A DNA stretch of 64,000 bases from Minisyncoccota bacterium (GTDB lineage Bacteria; Patescibacteriota; Minisyncoccia; Phycocordibacterales; UBA9973): NCBI GenBank assembly GCA_041674285.1, contig JBAYVZ010000004.1, forward strand, positions 21,913 to 85,912, given 5' to 3'. Every line of letters starts with the position of its first letter. Within the stretch, counting starts at the first letter, position 1. The notes beneath the pieces were generated by a model. The model was given only the letters and a program-made list of their open reading frames with translations, was not told the DNA's origin and made no database searches. Below, piece by piece: positions 39,427 through 49,766 of the stretch. Both the position numbers and the translations under genes were made by a program.

Positions 39427-41796
39427 TTACACGATATCGCAAACTCCTGCAACACAAGCCAATTCTTTCTTTACCTCAGTCTCATCACGTAGTTCATAAG
39501 TCACGATCTTTGAGAAATCAAAGTCAGGCATGCGACTTGCGAGCTGTTCAAAGGTCTCTTTTGTTATCGCTTCATATGGAGCTAGCTGGTACACGTGATT
39601 TGAACGTGGTAGGAATGATAGTCCACCTACGATATCCCAGTTCTGATATAGCCAGTGCGCTACCTTGATCCATTCATTCTCCCCCACTGATATAGTCACA
39701 GATGGATTGTGCTCTGTATAATTTACCTTTACAACCTTCCAGTGCTCTAGCTGATCAATAGCAGATATATCATCTTTACATATCGCACCGTCTGGAGCTT
39801 TCATTGGGAATTCTAGAACAAAAGTATTTGCATCTTCTGCATTCTGCCCCACCTCTGCATGATATGGCACACCTTGGTCCTTCATCATTTTGAATAGTGA
39901 GTCTGTAGCAGAGATACGAACACGACGGATATAGTACGGAGCATGACGTGGGTGCATACCAGATGCACAATCCACAGTCTGAGATACAGTACCAGAAGGC
40001 TTCACTGCTGTGATACATGTAGATTCACTAACACCAAATTTCTTTGCATAAATCTTGTTTATACGGATAGCTTCTAGGCGGAGCTTTTCTAACATCTTTG
40101 CATCACGCGCCAAAGTCGAATCCCACTGACCAGTCACTGACACTCCTAGGAGTCTCTCCTCATCACAATTCTCCTTCCATTCCTTTGAAAGGTACCCGAA
40201 TTTTGTAAGTGTTGATTGATATGTTCCTAGAATTGTAGCGATACGGATCTTCTTCATCAGAGTCTTCTCTGTATCTTCTGCACGGGCTACAACTTCTGAA
40301 AGATTGCAGAACTGTTTTGATCGGAGGATAATCTCCCCACAAGGGTTTGTACCCATCTCTCCGATAAAGTCACGGGACTTTTCTACACGCCTCTTTGGTA
40401 GCGATGTATATAGTGATCCACGATTAAATATTCCACGCTCTCCTGTACCTGACTCCATAAGTGCAATCCACTCTCTTAGGAATTCTGTTTCTGTAGGTTT
40501 TGTATTGTATACAGCAGAGTTATTTGCGAGCATTCTCTGGCCTTCATTGTTCCAGAATTGACCATTCTTTGCATCACGCATGTCCTGATCATCTAGATCT
40601 GATAGTGAGATAAGTGCAGAACGACGTACTCCACCAGATACTACACACTCACCTATTTTACAGATGATATCGTGCGCATCGATATTGCGAAGATGTCTTC
40701 CTTGACGACGTAGGATACGTTCACGAGTAAAACCGAGTAGGTCTATCAATGGTTTTGGACCAGAGCTCTTGCCTCCCATGATCTTGAGACGTGCACCAGA
40801 AGGACGCAATAGAGAGAAATCGAAATCAACGTCCTCTCCGTTGAACCATGTCTTCATACCAAATACGAGTGCATCTGCCCAGCCCTCTTTTGTATCAGGA
40901 ACCACGTATGTAGGCTGCTTTTTGCCTACCTGAGTTTTGATCTGAGGAAGAGATTGAATATTCTGACTTTCGACAGAGAATCCTACTCCAGTACCACACA
41001 TAGATATGTAGACTATCTCACCAAAGTCTTGGAGCTTTGATGGTGCGATAAATGAACAATTGTACGCACATACATTTGTCTTCTCTGCTGCAGGTCCTGC
41101 GAATTGGAGTAGGCGCATTGATGGCATAGCTTCTTGCTTCAAAATACCTTCACGCACTTCTCCATACTCATCGACAGATAACATATCTCCGAGCTTTCCT
41201 TTCATGAATGACATATAGCGATCTACTGTCTCGATCCATGTCTCGCGTCTACCCTGCTCTTCGATCCATTTGGCATAAGTACGATAGTATACGAATTCAG
41301 AAAGTGGATTTCTGAAATATTTTTTACTTTCATCTGCGAGCTGCTTTACATGTGGAGGAACAGACATACTGTGTGATCGGAGACGAGCACGTTCTTCACG
41401 GTATAGGATGTAGTGCTTTGAAGTCTTTACATAATCAGAGAGCATGAGCTCCTGCTCTACGCTATCCTGGATACCCTCTACTGTAGGTACAAAGTTTTTG
41501 TACTTCTTTGCGATCTTTATCATGTCCATCAATACACGACTAGCCACTAGGTGAGCCTCTTCGATAGAGCCTTCTCCTGCTGCAAGCATAGCTTTATTAA
41601 TAGCATTCGTAATTTTTTCAATATCGAATGGAACAGTCGATCCATCACGACGTTGAACGCTTTTAATAAAATTATTCTTTATCTTTATCTCTGTTTTTTT
41701 CACAGGAGTTGCTTCTACTTTCTCTACAACCTCTACTTTTTTCGCGACCACTTTCACTTTTTTTGTAGCCTTAACTACTTTCTTTTTTGATGGCAT
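39427..41796 (-). CDS. nrdJ: Class II adenosylcobalamin-dependent ribonucleotide reductase with ATP cone
   Basis: ATP cone (VQRRDG..VPFD), PSMR, YNCSF, GGVRRSALI, TNPCGEI, KPSGT, C-terminal ACVAGVC; no small subunit. Confidence 0.93.
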   Translation of the reverse strand: MPSKKKVVKATKKVKVVAKKVEVVEKVEATPVKKTEIKIKNNFIKSVQRRDGSTVPFDIEKITNAINKAMLAAGEGSIEEAHLVASRVLMDMIKIAKKYKNFVPTVEGIQDSVEQELMLSDYVKTSKHYILYREERARLRSHSMSVPPHVKQLADESKKYFRNPLSEFVYYRTYAKWIEEQGRRETWIETVDRYMSFMKGKLGDMLSVDEYGEVREGILKQEAMPSMRLLQFAGPAAEKTNVCAYNCSFIAPSKLQDFGEIVYISMCGTGVGFSVESQNIQSLPQIKTQVGKKQPTYVVPDTKEGWADALVFGMKTWFNGEDVDFDFSLLRPSGARLKIMGGKSSGPKPLIDLLGFTRERILRRQGRHLRNIDAHDIICKIGECVVSGGVRRSALISLSDLDDQDMRDAKNGQFWNNEGQRMLANNSAVYNTKPTETEFLREWIALMESGTGERGIFNRGSLYTSLPKRRVEKSRDFIGEMGTNPCGEIILRSKQFCNLSEVVARAEDTEKTLMKKIRIATILGTYQSTLTKFGYLSKEWKENCDEERLLGVSVTGQWDSTLARDAKMLEKLRLEAIRINKIYAKKFGVSESTCITAVKPSGTVSQTVDCASGMHPRHAPYYIRRVRISATDSLFKMMKDQGVPYHAEVGQNAEDANTFVLEFPMKAPDGAICKDDISAIDQLEHWKVVKVNYTEHNPSVTISVGENEWIKVAHWLYQNWDIVGGLSFLPRSNHVYQLAPYEAITKETFEQLASRMPDFDFSKIVTYELRDETEVKKELACVAGVCDIV

Positions 41797-42019
41797 ATTT
41801 TTATAAAAAATTAATAATAATGTATCCTCCGATACTTTGGACTATTATTATACCGCCCGACCAAAACCATGCCAATACCCAAAACAGGCAAAAAAGCACT
41901 ATGTCGGACACTTACCCCGTCGTCAACTGCATCCCTGACAGAGCATTAAAACAGAAGTTATTTTCAGAAAAATTTACTAAAACTAAAAAACTACAAAAAA
42001 TTTCATTTTTTGTAGTTTT

Positions 42020-42499
42020 TTATCTGATTTTTTCTATTTTACAAGATAGTATATTGTAATTTTCATCAAAAACGGCACCTCCCTCAAAATATTCTCTATT
42101 TAGAAAAAATGGGAACCAATATTTATCAGATTTCCACATCTTCTCAAAAGGGATTTTATCTATATGGAACCAGTATGGAATCATCTCGTTACTCTCAACT
42201 AGAACTCCTGTACAATCCAAGCCTTCATATATATGAACTTCCTTAATAGAATCAAAAAATTCAAATTTCATAACTCCACGAAGCTCGTATTTCAATAAAT
42301 CTAAATCCGATTCCTCTTTCATCTCGCGCACGAGTGCCTGCTCCACACTCTCCTCCGGATCTACCTTGCCACCGTAGCCATTATAGTTCCCGGCGCCAAA
42401 ACGAACTTTCTTCATGCCAAGCAAAAGTTCATCCTCTTTTCGCAAGATACAAAGAGTCATAACTTGCGTAGGTTTTTGAATGTTATTTTCTTTATTCAT
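42020..42499 (-). CDS. Nudix hydrolase (MTH1/MutT-like)
   Basis: LLGMKKVRFG.G.YNGYGGKV..EESVEQALVREMKEES; ESNEM.P.WF; MW.SD.YW. Confidence 0.92.
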   Translation of the reverse strand: MNKENNIQKPTQVMTLCILRKEDELLLGMKKVRFGAGNYNGYGGKVDPEESVEQALVREMKEESDLDLLKYELRGVMKFEFFDSIKEVHIYEGLDCTGVLVESNEMIPYWFHIDKIPFEKMWKSDKYWFPFFLNREYFEGGAVFDENYNILSCKIEKIR

Positions 42500-42564
42500 C
42501 TTAATATTCCATATTTTAAATTATTACTATTCCAATCCCATGGGTTTGAAATAGTAAAGACTAC

Positions 42565-44277
42565 CTAGAGTACTTCTTGTTGATAACATTTCTCACAATA
42601 TACCCTCTCTGGTCGATCTGGGGCATAGGTTGTTTGAAAAGTGGTTCCGCAGTTGTTTGAACATTCGCGATTATACAAACTGAGAGGGTTTCTGTATCTT
42701 AGTCTTTCTTCGTGTCGACAATTTGGGCATAATCTAGGAATGGGTAAATTATTCTTCTTGCAAAATTCTAGTTCTTCTTTTTTTATTCTAAAAGCATATG
42801 TACATTGATTACTAAAACCTTCAACTTTACTACACAAAATAACATCATCTAATATTGAGTCATTTATTTCGGAGATACAATCAGGTAGAGTGTCCTTGTC
42901 CTGATTAGTCTTGTAGTCTCTAATGTCTCTTTCATACCAGTTATAACCCATATCAAGAGCAGTATCTTTCGAAATAGGATACATATCATTGGCAAGAGAC
43001 TCATTGTAGCCAAATAATGAAAATCCAGTAGGAAAAAACTCTCCGTACTTATAAACCCTACCCTGTTTATCTACATAAGGAATATATATCATATGTTTTT
43101 TTATTTTACCTACAGCATCAAAATATGCATCTTTTGAATATTGCTTGTTTAATATACAATATCTTGCATTCGTAAGACCAACACAACCAATACAATCAGT
43201 ACAATTTTTACATGAGATAGAATACTGTATATCTCTTGAGCTTACACACATAAAACAAGAAACTTGGTTGAAGGACCCCCCGCTGCCAGTCATTGTCTCG
43301 TACTCGAGCTCCCCAGCCAAAACCCATCCGCAATCCATTAGATCTTTTGATTTTACAATACGATAAGAATAACTAATATCTTCAGCCTCCATTATATCGA
43401 ATGATTTTTTTACATTCTTTGATCTTGTGATTATATCCCCAGAAACATCGACAGAAGCGATTACATTTGCAAAGCGATGGGTAGCAGAACTTATTAAGCC
43501 TTTAAATTCATCTTTTAAAATAACCAAGGTTTTAAAAGAACCTCTCTCTAAATCCTGGATGGCTTTTTCGTAGTCAGATTTTGATAATTTTACATTCCTA
43601 AAGACATAAGATTCATTTCTTAACCCTGAAGACATAAAACAATTCGAGCAGTTAGAACAATCAAAAAGAAATGAAGAGTCCATACAATTCTTGGATTCAA
43701 ACATATAGTGACAATTATAATTTTTCTCTGAATTTATATTCCAAGAGCACTGCTGTATATCTATACAAGACAAACAATCAAAACAATCTTTTGATCTATC
43801 TACATTTTCGGAATAAAAAATATTTTCTGATTCAATAGATGAAAAAGATAGGTATAAATTTTTAGAATTTACTATTGAGTTAGAATAGTCACTATCCAAG
43901 TTTGTCCCATATCGAATAGAAAAAACTCTCGGTTGAACATTCAAAATATTTTTAAGCTGAGTAAAAAAATCTTTAGAAAAATCAACATCTGCTGAAAATT
44001 TATACATATCCCAGTTGTCGCCAGAATAACAACTCTCACAGTAAACAGGAGCGCCATCATCCTTATAAAAAGAAATTAAATTTTTTTTACAAACACCACA
44101 AGAGCGAGAATGAAGAGATCTATTGTTTCTCCATGAGAGTCTTCGGATATTTCTACACTCCGGGCAGAATGTCGGTGGTGGGACTTTGATCTTGTCATAG
44201 AACACAAAATCCTCTGGATCAATAGTGAAATCCCCTTTGCAATTCTGACACATTCTTTTTTCTGTTTGATATTCCAT
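42565..44277 (-). CDS. Cys-rich Zn-ribbon/solenoid repeat protein, paralog B
   Basis: Same termini as paralog A; start at MEYQT. Confidence 0.8.
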   Translation of the reverse strand: MEYQTEKRMCQNCKGDFTIDPEDFVFYDKIKVPPPTFCPECRNIRRLSWRNNRSLHSRSCGVCKKNLISFYKDDGAPVYCESCYSGDNWDMYKFSADVDFSKDFFTQLKNILNVQPRVFSIRYGTNLDSDYSNSIVNSKNLYLSFSSIESENIFYSENVDRSKDCFDCLSCIDIQQCSWNINSEKNYNCHYMFESKNCMDSSFLFDCSNCSNCFMSSGLRNESYVFRNVKLSKSDYEKAIQDLERGSFKTLVILKDEFKGLISSATHRFANVIASVDVSGDIITRSKNVKKSFDIMEAEDISYSYRIVKSKDLMDCGWVLAGELEYETMTGSGGSFNQVSCFMCVSSRDIQYSISCKNCTDCIGCVGLTNARYCILNKQYSKDAYFDAVGKIKKHMIYIPYVDKQGRVYKYGEFFPTGFSLFGYNESLANDMYPISKDTALDMGYNWYERDIRDYKTNQDKDTLPDCISEINDSILDDVILCSKVEGFSNQCTYAFRIKKEELEFCKKNNLPIPRLCPNCRHEERLRYRNPLSLYNRECSNNCGTTFQTTYAPDRPERVYCEKCYQQEVL

Positions 44278-44281
44278 ATTT

Positions 44282-46036
44282 TTACAATACTTCTTTTTGA
44301 TAACACTTCTCGCAATATACTTTTTCAGGTCTGTCTGGGGAGTAGCTAGTCTCAAACTCTACATCACACTGCACTACGTGATCATGATTATCCAGATCAC
44401 ACATGCACTGACGGTGCCAGAGCTTCATTGGATTACGTTTTGACAATCTGTCCGCATGACGACAGCTATAGCAAACTCGAGGCAGTGGAATAACGAGCCT
44501 CTTGTAGAAAGAAACTTCTACTTCATTCATTTTATAAGCTTTTGTGCAAGTTACATACTTATCATTGTTTATATTTTTACATTCTACAATCTCACCCAGG
44601 ATAGAATCATTTACATCAATGATTGAATCAGGCAGTTCAGAGGACTTCACAGTAATATTGTATTGTTTATTTACTTTTGGTATATATTGAAAATTTTTCT
44701 GAACTAAATCATTTTCATTCAAAGGGAAAAAGTCCCCTGCAACAGTATCATTATAAGCATAAGGAGCAATCTCTATAGGAAAAAATTCTCCATATTTATA
44801 GATATTCCCCATGCTGTCACTGTAAGGGATTTCATTCATCTGTTTTTTTATTCTGCCTAGCAACTCAAAATATTCATCTTTTTCATACTGCTTGTTGAAT
44901 ATACAATAATTTTTATTTTTCAAACTCACACAACCAAAACAATTATTGCAAGAATAGCAATTAAATGAATACTCTACATTCGTAGAATTCCAAACAACTA
45001 CACTAAATTTTACATTACTATTAGCTACACCGATACTAATACCCTCATAAGTAAGTTCTGACTTTCCACCTGCACCAGGGCCGACATCGTATGAATCCTT
45101 CAATCCAAAAGTCCCCCAGTTACAATATTTGATATTCTCGACACCCCTTGGCAGATCAAAAGAATAATATGCATCTTTTGCATTTTGCATATTATCCCCC
45201 ACCACATTTACACAGTTGGTAAGCTGGGCGTATTTCCTAATGGCATTTTTCTTTAATAACTCAAATGATGCCTTATGATTTTGAATTGATGCATAACTAC
45301 TCAAATTAAATTCTTTAATTTTTTCTTTATATTCATCTTTTGAGTATTGAATATTGTTTATGCAATAAGATTTATTTCTCAAACTATTACACATAAAACA
45401 ATCAGTACAATTCCTACAGTCAAAAAGAAAATATGAATTTACACAGTTATATGAGTTCTCGCTATAAAACAATCGAGACGAATCCCCACAATAAATATCC
45501 TCGTACGAGAAATCTAGCTTGTGGCTGATATATGAATCTACTGTATTCTGACAAAATGATATCCTGTTTGAATACATAGAATCTTCACATGTCCAAACAG
45601 CAGAAAGCATATAATTATTTTTACTCTCAGTAATATAATTACAAAATTGATTATTTACACCCTTGCTATCAAAAAAAGAAATCAGGGGTGTTCTATATAA
45701 AAGATCTTTATACTGAGAAAAGAAATCTCGAGATAAATCATATTCGCAACCAAAAGATATAGCATCCCAACTATCACTCCACCAATAAGTATTGTCGTAA
45801 GAGGAAACAGGAATACTCTCAGGGTAAGTAGAGATCATTTTTTCTTCGGAGCCAGGCTTGTCATTCTTTCGAAAGTACAGACCTCTCTCATTTCTCCAAG
45901 CTAGACGTCTCTGCATTCTACACTCCGGACAGAATGTCGGTGGTGGGACTTTGATCTTGTCATAGAACACAAAATCCTCGGGCTCTACTACGAACTCCCC
46001 TTTGCAATTCACGCACGCTCTCGTTTCTGGGCTCAT
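44282..46036 (-). CDS. Cys-rich Zn-ribbon/solenoid repeat protein, paralog C
   Basis: Same termini as paralogs A and B. Confidence 0.8.
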   Translation of the reverse strand: MSPETRACVNCKGEFVVEPEDFVFYDKIKVPPPTFCPECRMQRRLAWRNERGLYFRKNDKPGSEEKMISTYPESIPVSSYDNTYWWSDSWDAISFGCEYDLSRDFFSQYKDLLYRTPLISFFDSKGVNNQFCNYITESKNNYMLSAVWTCEDSMYSNRISFCQNTVDSYISHKLDFSYEDIYCGDSSRLFYSENSYNCVNSYFLFDCRNCTDCFMCNSLRNKSYCINNIQYSKDEYKEKIKEFNLSSYASIQNHKASFELLKKNAIRKYAQLTNCVNVVGDNMQNAKDAYYSFDLPRGVENIKYCNWGTFGLKDSYDVGPGAGGKSELTYEGISIGVANSNVKFSVVVWNSTNVEYSFNCYSCNNCFGCVSLKNKNYCIFNKQYEKDEYFELLGRIKKQMNEIPYSDSMGNIYKYGEFFPIEIAPYAYNDTVAGDFFPLNENDLVQKNFQYIPKVNKQYNITVKSSELPDSIIDVNDSILGEIVECKNINNDKYVTCTKAYKMNEVEVSFYKRLVIPLPRVCYSCRHADRLSKRNPMKLWHRQCMCDLDNHDHVVQCDVEFETSYSPDRPEKVYCEKCYQKEVL

Positions 46037-46080
46037 AAATATAAGTATACATTTCCAGATGATTTACACAATACATAACA

Positions 46081-46105
46081 AAAAACCACCCAATGGGTGG
46101 TTTTT
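46081..46105 (-). terminator. Terminator after fusA
   Basis: AAAAACCACCC-AAT-GGGTGGTTTTT. Confidence 0.8.
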
Positions 46106-46113
46106 GTTTAGAA

Positions 46114-46188
46114 TTATTTTCTTGATTCGATGATAGTTGTAGCCATCCCAAAGGAAAGAGTACTTCCTACGGGACAGGCATTCTGAGG
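46114..46188 (-). repeat. Duplicated, recoded fusA 3' end with 33-nt hairpin insert
   Basis: Encodes PQN(V)ATTIIESRK* like the fusA end; insert at 46146-46178. Confidence 0.8.
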
Positions 46189-46198
46189 TGTGAGTATA

Positions 46199-48342
46199 TT
46201 ACTTACGTGACTCAATAATTGTCGTTGCTACGTTTTGAGGCACTATGTCGTAACGTAGGAATTCCATAGTGAATCCTGCGCGACCTTCTGTCATAGAACG
46301 TAGAGTTGTCATGTAACCGAACATTTCAGATAGTGGAACAACAGCTTTCACTGCTTGGTTCATACCACGTTGTTCCATACCTTCGATCAATCCACGCTTT
46401 GAAGATAGACTTCCTGTCACATCTCCCATGAATTTATCTGGAGTCACAACTTCGACATTCATCATAGGTTCTAGGATCACTGGGCGAGCCATCTTACATG
46501 CATCTTGGATTGCCATAGAGGCTGCGATCTTGAAGGCCATTTCGTTTGAGTCCACATCGTGGTAACTTCCATCCCATAGCTCGACAGATACGTTTCCCAA
46601 TTTGAATCCTGCAAGAACTCCACGATCAAGACCTTCTTTAAATCCTTTTTCACAAGCTGGAATGTATTCTTGTGGAATAGCACCTCCCTTGATTGTGTTC
46701 ACGAATTCAAATCCCTTTTCACGCTTTGTATTTCTTGGTAGATCTTCAATTGCGATACTCTGATCCATTGGCTTTACCTTGATCTTTACGTGACCGTAGT
46801 TTCCACGTCCTCCTGATTGCTTGATGTACTTGCCTTCTACATCTGCTGTACCTGTGATTGTCTCACGGTATGCAACCTGTGGCTTACCTACATTTGTCTC
46901 AACAGCGAATTCACGCTTCATACGATCTACGATAATTTCCAAGTGGAGCTCTCCCATACCTGCGATGATTGTCTCATTTGTCTCTTGGTCTGTAGCTACG
47001 CGGAATGTTGGATCCTCTTGAGCAAGACGATTCAGTGCCATACCCATTTTCTCTTGGTCGGCTTTTGTCTTTGGCTCTACACGTAGAGAGATAACTGGCT
47101 CTGGGAATATGATACGGATCAATTCTGCTGGAGCATTTTCATCACAAAGAGTATCTGAAGTGATAGTGTCTTTTAGTCCTACTGCAGCTGCGATTTCTCC
47201 AGCGTATACCTTCTTTACTTCTTCACGGTCATTGGCATGCATACGTAGGATACGTCCGATACGCTCTTTGTTTCTTGTACGAGGATTGTATACATATGAA
47301 CCTGCAGTTACAGATCCAGAGTAGACACGGAAGAATATAATCTGTCCTACGAATGGGTCAGTAGCGATTTTGAATGCTAGAGCTGAGAATGGTTCAGCAT
47401 CTGAAGCCTTACGTACTAGTGGCTCATCTGTATTTGGATCAATACCTGTGATTGGAGGAATGTCTGTAGGAGCTGGTAGGTAGTCGACAACTGCGTCTAG
47501 CACTAGTTGAACTCCTTTGTTCTTAGAGCTGATCCAGCAAATACTGGGAATACATCGTTGGCGATAACAGCCTTACGCATTAGCTTCTTTAGAGTATCGT
47601 AGTCTGGAACTTTTCCTTCGAAGTAGTCACTCATGATCTGATCATCTTGCTCAACTATTTTTTCTACTAGTTCTGCGTGATACTTTTCTGCTTCTGCCTT
47701 GTACTCTTCTGGGATTTCTTTTTCGATAACTTTGTTACCCATCTCCCCTTCAAAGTAGAAAGCCTTCATCTTCAATAGGTCGATCACACCTTCGTGCTTT
47801 TCTTCAAGACCGATTGGGATTTGCATACGGATAGCTTTTTTAGTAAGTCTATCTAGGATTGTTTTATATGAGTGCTCAAAAGATGCGCCTGTACGGTCAA
47901 GCTTGTTTACGAAACAAATACGTGGCACATTCGCCTCGTCAGCATAGCGCCAGTTTGTCTCTGACTGTGGCTCTACTCCAGCCACTCCATCGAATACAAC
48001 TACTGCACCATCGAGTACACGAAGTGAGCGCTTTACTTCTACAGTAAAGTCGATGTGTCCTGGTGTGTCGATAATGTTAAAGCGGTGCTTCTTTGTCTTG
48101 TCTGTCAGTGCGTATGTCGGTGTCCAGAAACAAGTAACAGCAGCAGATGTGATAGTGATACCACGCTCGCGCTCTTGTTCCATCCAGTCTGTAGTTGTCT
48201 CACCATAGTGCACTTCACCTATCTTGTGTGATACACCAGTGTAAAACAATACACGCTCTGTTGTTGTAGTCTTACCCGCGTCGATGTGGGCAATAATACC
48301 TATATTTCTAACTTTCTCTAAAGGATAATCTCTTTGGTCCAT
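46199..48342 (-). CDS. fusA: Elongation factor G, split by a single-base frameshift near 47522
   Basis: [23 protein letters not shown]; CTAAGAACAAAGGAGTTCAACTAGTGCTAGAC needs one more A to read [11 protein letters not shown]. Confidence 0.93.
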
Positions 48343-48459
48343 ATATATAATTCTTATTAATAAAATAAAAAACCCCGTAAGGCATTTGTCCCTAGAATAT
48401 ACAACAAATAGGCTAATTTTGCAACAAAAAAGGTAGTCTGATTTAGACTACCTTTTTTA

Positions 48460-48678
48460 CTATTTTATACACTTTACTCGTGAGCGTTTTACACAAACAT
48501 TCTTACTAAGAGACACTGTTGTGTTTCCACGACTATCTGGTTTAAGTAAATTATTTACAGCTCGAGTATTTAAAATGAGCTTTCCGTCTTTTTTTACTTC
48601 CAAGACTTTTACGTGGATTAAACCACAAATACATAGATATTCAACGATATCTCCTGCTTTAATAATTTCTTTTTCCAT
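48460..48678 (-). CDS. Small basic hypothetical protein
   Basis: 72-aa ORF between two terminators (48426-48458, 48742-48765). Confidence 0.5.
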   Translation of the reverse strand: MEKEIIKAGDIVEYLCICGLIHVKVLEVKKDGKLILNTRAVNNLLKPDSRGNTTVSLSKNVCVKRSRVKCIK

Positions 48679-48784
48679 AATTTCAATATTTATTTGTTTT
48701 TCTCCAGATTACTACATTCCCACTTTTTGTCAATAAATAACAAAACTCCCCAAGTGGGGAGTTTTGTGTTTGAGTCTATTTTGA

Positions 48785-49255
48785 TTACCAAGCAAAGTGA
48801 GCGAACGCTTTGTTTGATTCTGCCATCTTGTGAGTATCATCACGCTTCTTGATAGCGATACCTTCGTTCTTTGAAGCAAGGATTATCTCTTCAGCTAGCT
48901 TTTCTGCCATTGCTGCACCTTTCTTTCCACGAGCTGCTGTGATTATCCATCTCATAGCTAGTGATGTGCGGCGGTCTGGGCGTACTTCACGAGGAACCTG
49001 GTAGTTTGCACCACCGATACGACGTGAGCGAACCTCTACTAGAGGACCTGCATTTTTGATTGCAGTATCGAAAACTTCTAGAGGATTTGGATTACCAGTC
49101 TTTTCTTTGATGATATCAAAGGCACCGTATACAATCTTTCTTGAAGTCTCCTTCTTTCCGTCCCACATAACATTGTTTATGAACTTTCCAAGCTTTTGTG
49201 AGTTATAAACGATATCTGGTTCAACAATATTTCGATTTTTTACTTTTCTTCGCAT
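48785..49255 (-). CDS. rpsG: 30S ribosomal protein S7
   Basis: [28 protein letters not shown]. Confidence 0.98.
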   Translation of the reverse strand: MRRKVKNRNIVEPDIVYNSQKLGKFINNVMWDGKKETSRKIVYGAFDIIKEKTGNPNPLEVFDTAIKNAGPLVEVRSRRIGGANYQVPREVRPDRRTSLAMRWIITAARGKKGAAMAEKLAEEIILASKNEGIAIKKRDDTHKMAESNKAFAHFAW

Positions 49256-49260
49256 AAATT

Positions 49261-49686
49261 TTATTTCTTAGCTCCAGCCTTTGGACGCTTGTTACCATAC
49301 TTACTTCTTGCTTTTCGACGTTTCTCAACTCCAGTAGCATCGAGACGTCCACGAACTATGTGGTAACGTACTCCGATCAAGTCTTTTACACGACCACCAC
49401 GTAGCATAACTACAGAGTGTTCTTGTAGGTTGTGACCTTCACCTGGGATATAAGCTGTAACTTCCATACCATTTGTAAGACGTACACGAGCAATCTTTCG
49501 GAGAGCTGAGTTAGGCTTTTTAGGAGTAGTTGTTGTAACTTTTGTACAAACACCACGCTTGAATGGTGCTGGGTAATAAACTGGCTTGTTTTTAAGCGCA
49601 TTAAAACCGCGAGCGAGAGCTACGGCCTTTGATTTTCTTTTTATTATTGTACGGCTCTTGCGAACCAATTGATTCATTGTAGGCAT
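49261..49686 (-). CDS. rpsL: 30S ribosomal protein S12
   Basis: [27 protein letters not shown]. Confidence 0.98.
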   Translation of the reverse strand: MPTMNQLVRKSRTIIKRKSKAVALARGFNALKNKPVYYPAPFKRGVCTKVTTTTPKKPNSALRKIARVRLTNGMEVTAYIPGEGHNLQEHSVVMLRGGRVKDLIGVRYHIVRGRLDATGVEKRRKARSKYGNKRPKAGAKK

Positions 49687-49766
49687 ATATTTAAAATAGG
49701 TCGTAAAGACCAGTAGGAACACTTTACTATATAGCCGTAAAAAAAGCAAGCCTGCTTTCTAATGCT

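Noticed and set aside
41787-42059. 90-aa plus-strand ORF and possible NrdR boxes upstream of nrdJ
   Set aside because: No protein motif, overlaps both neighbours; no convincing NrdR palindrome
31770-46036. Diversity-generating retroelement acting on the Cys-rich paralogs
   Set aside because: No reverse transcriptase and no TR/VR pair with adenine-specific mismatches seen
45960-46151. 63-aa ORF
   Set aside because: Crosses the terminator and overlaps paralog C out of frame
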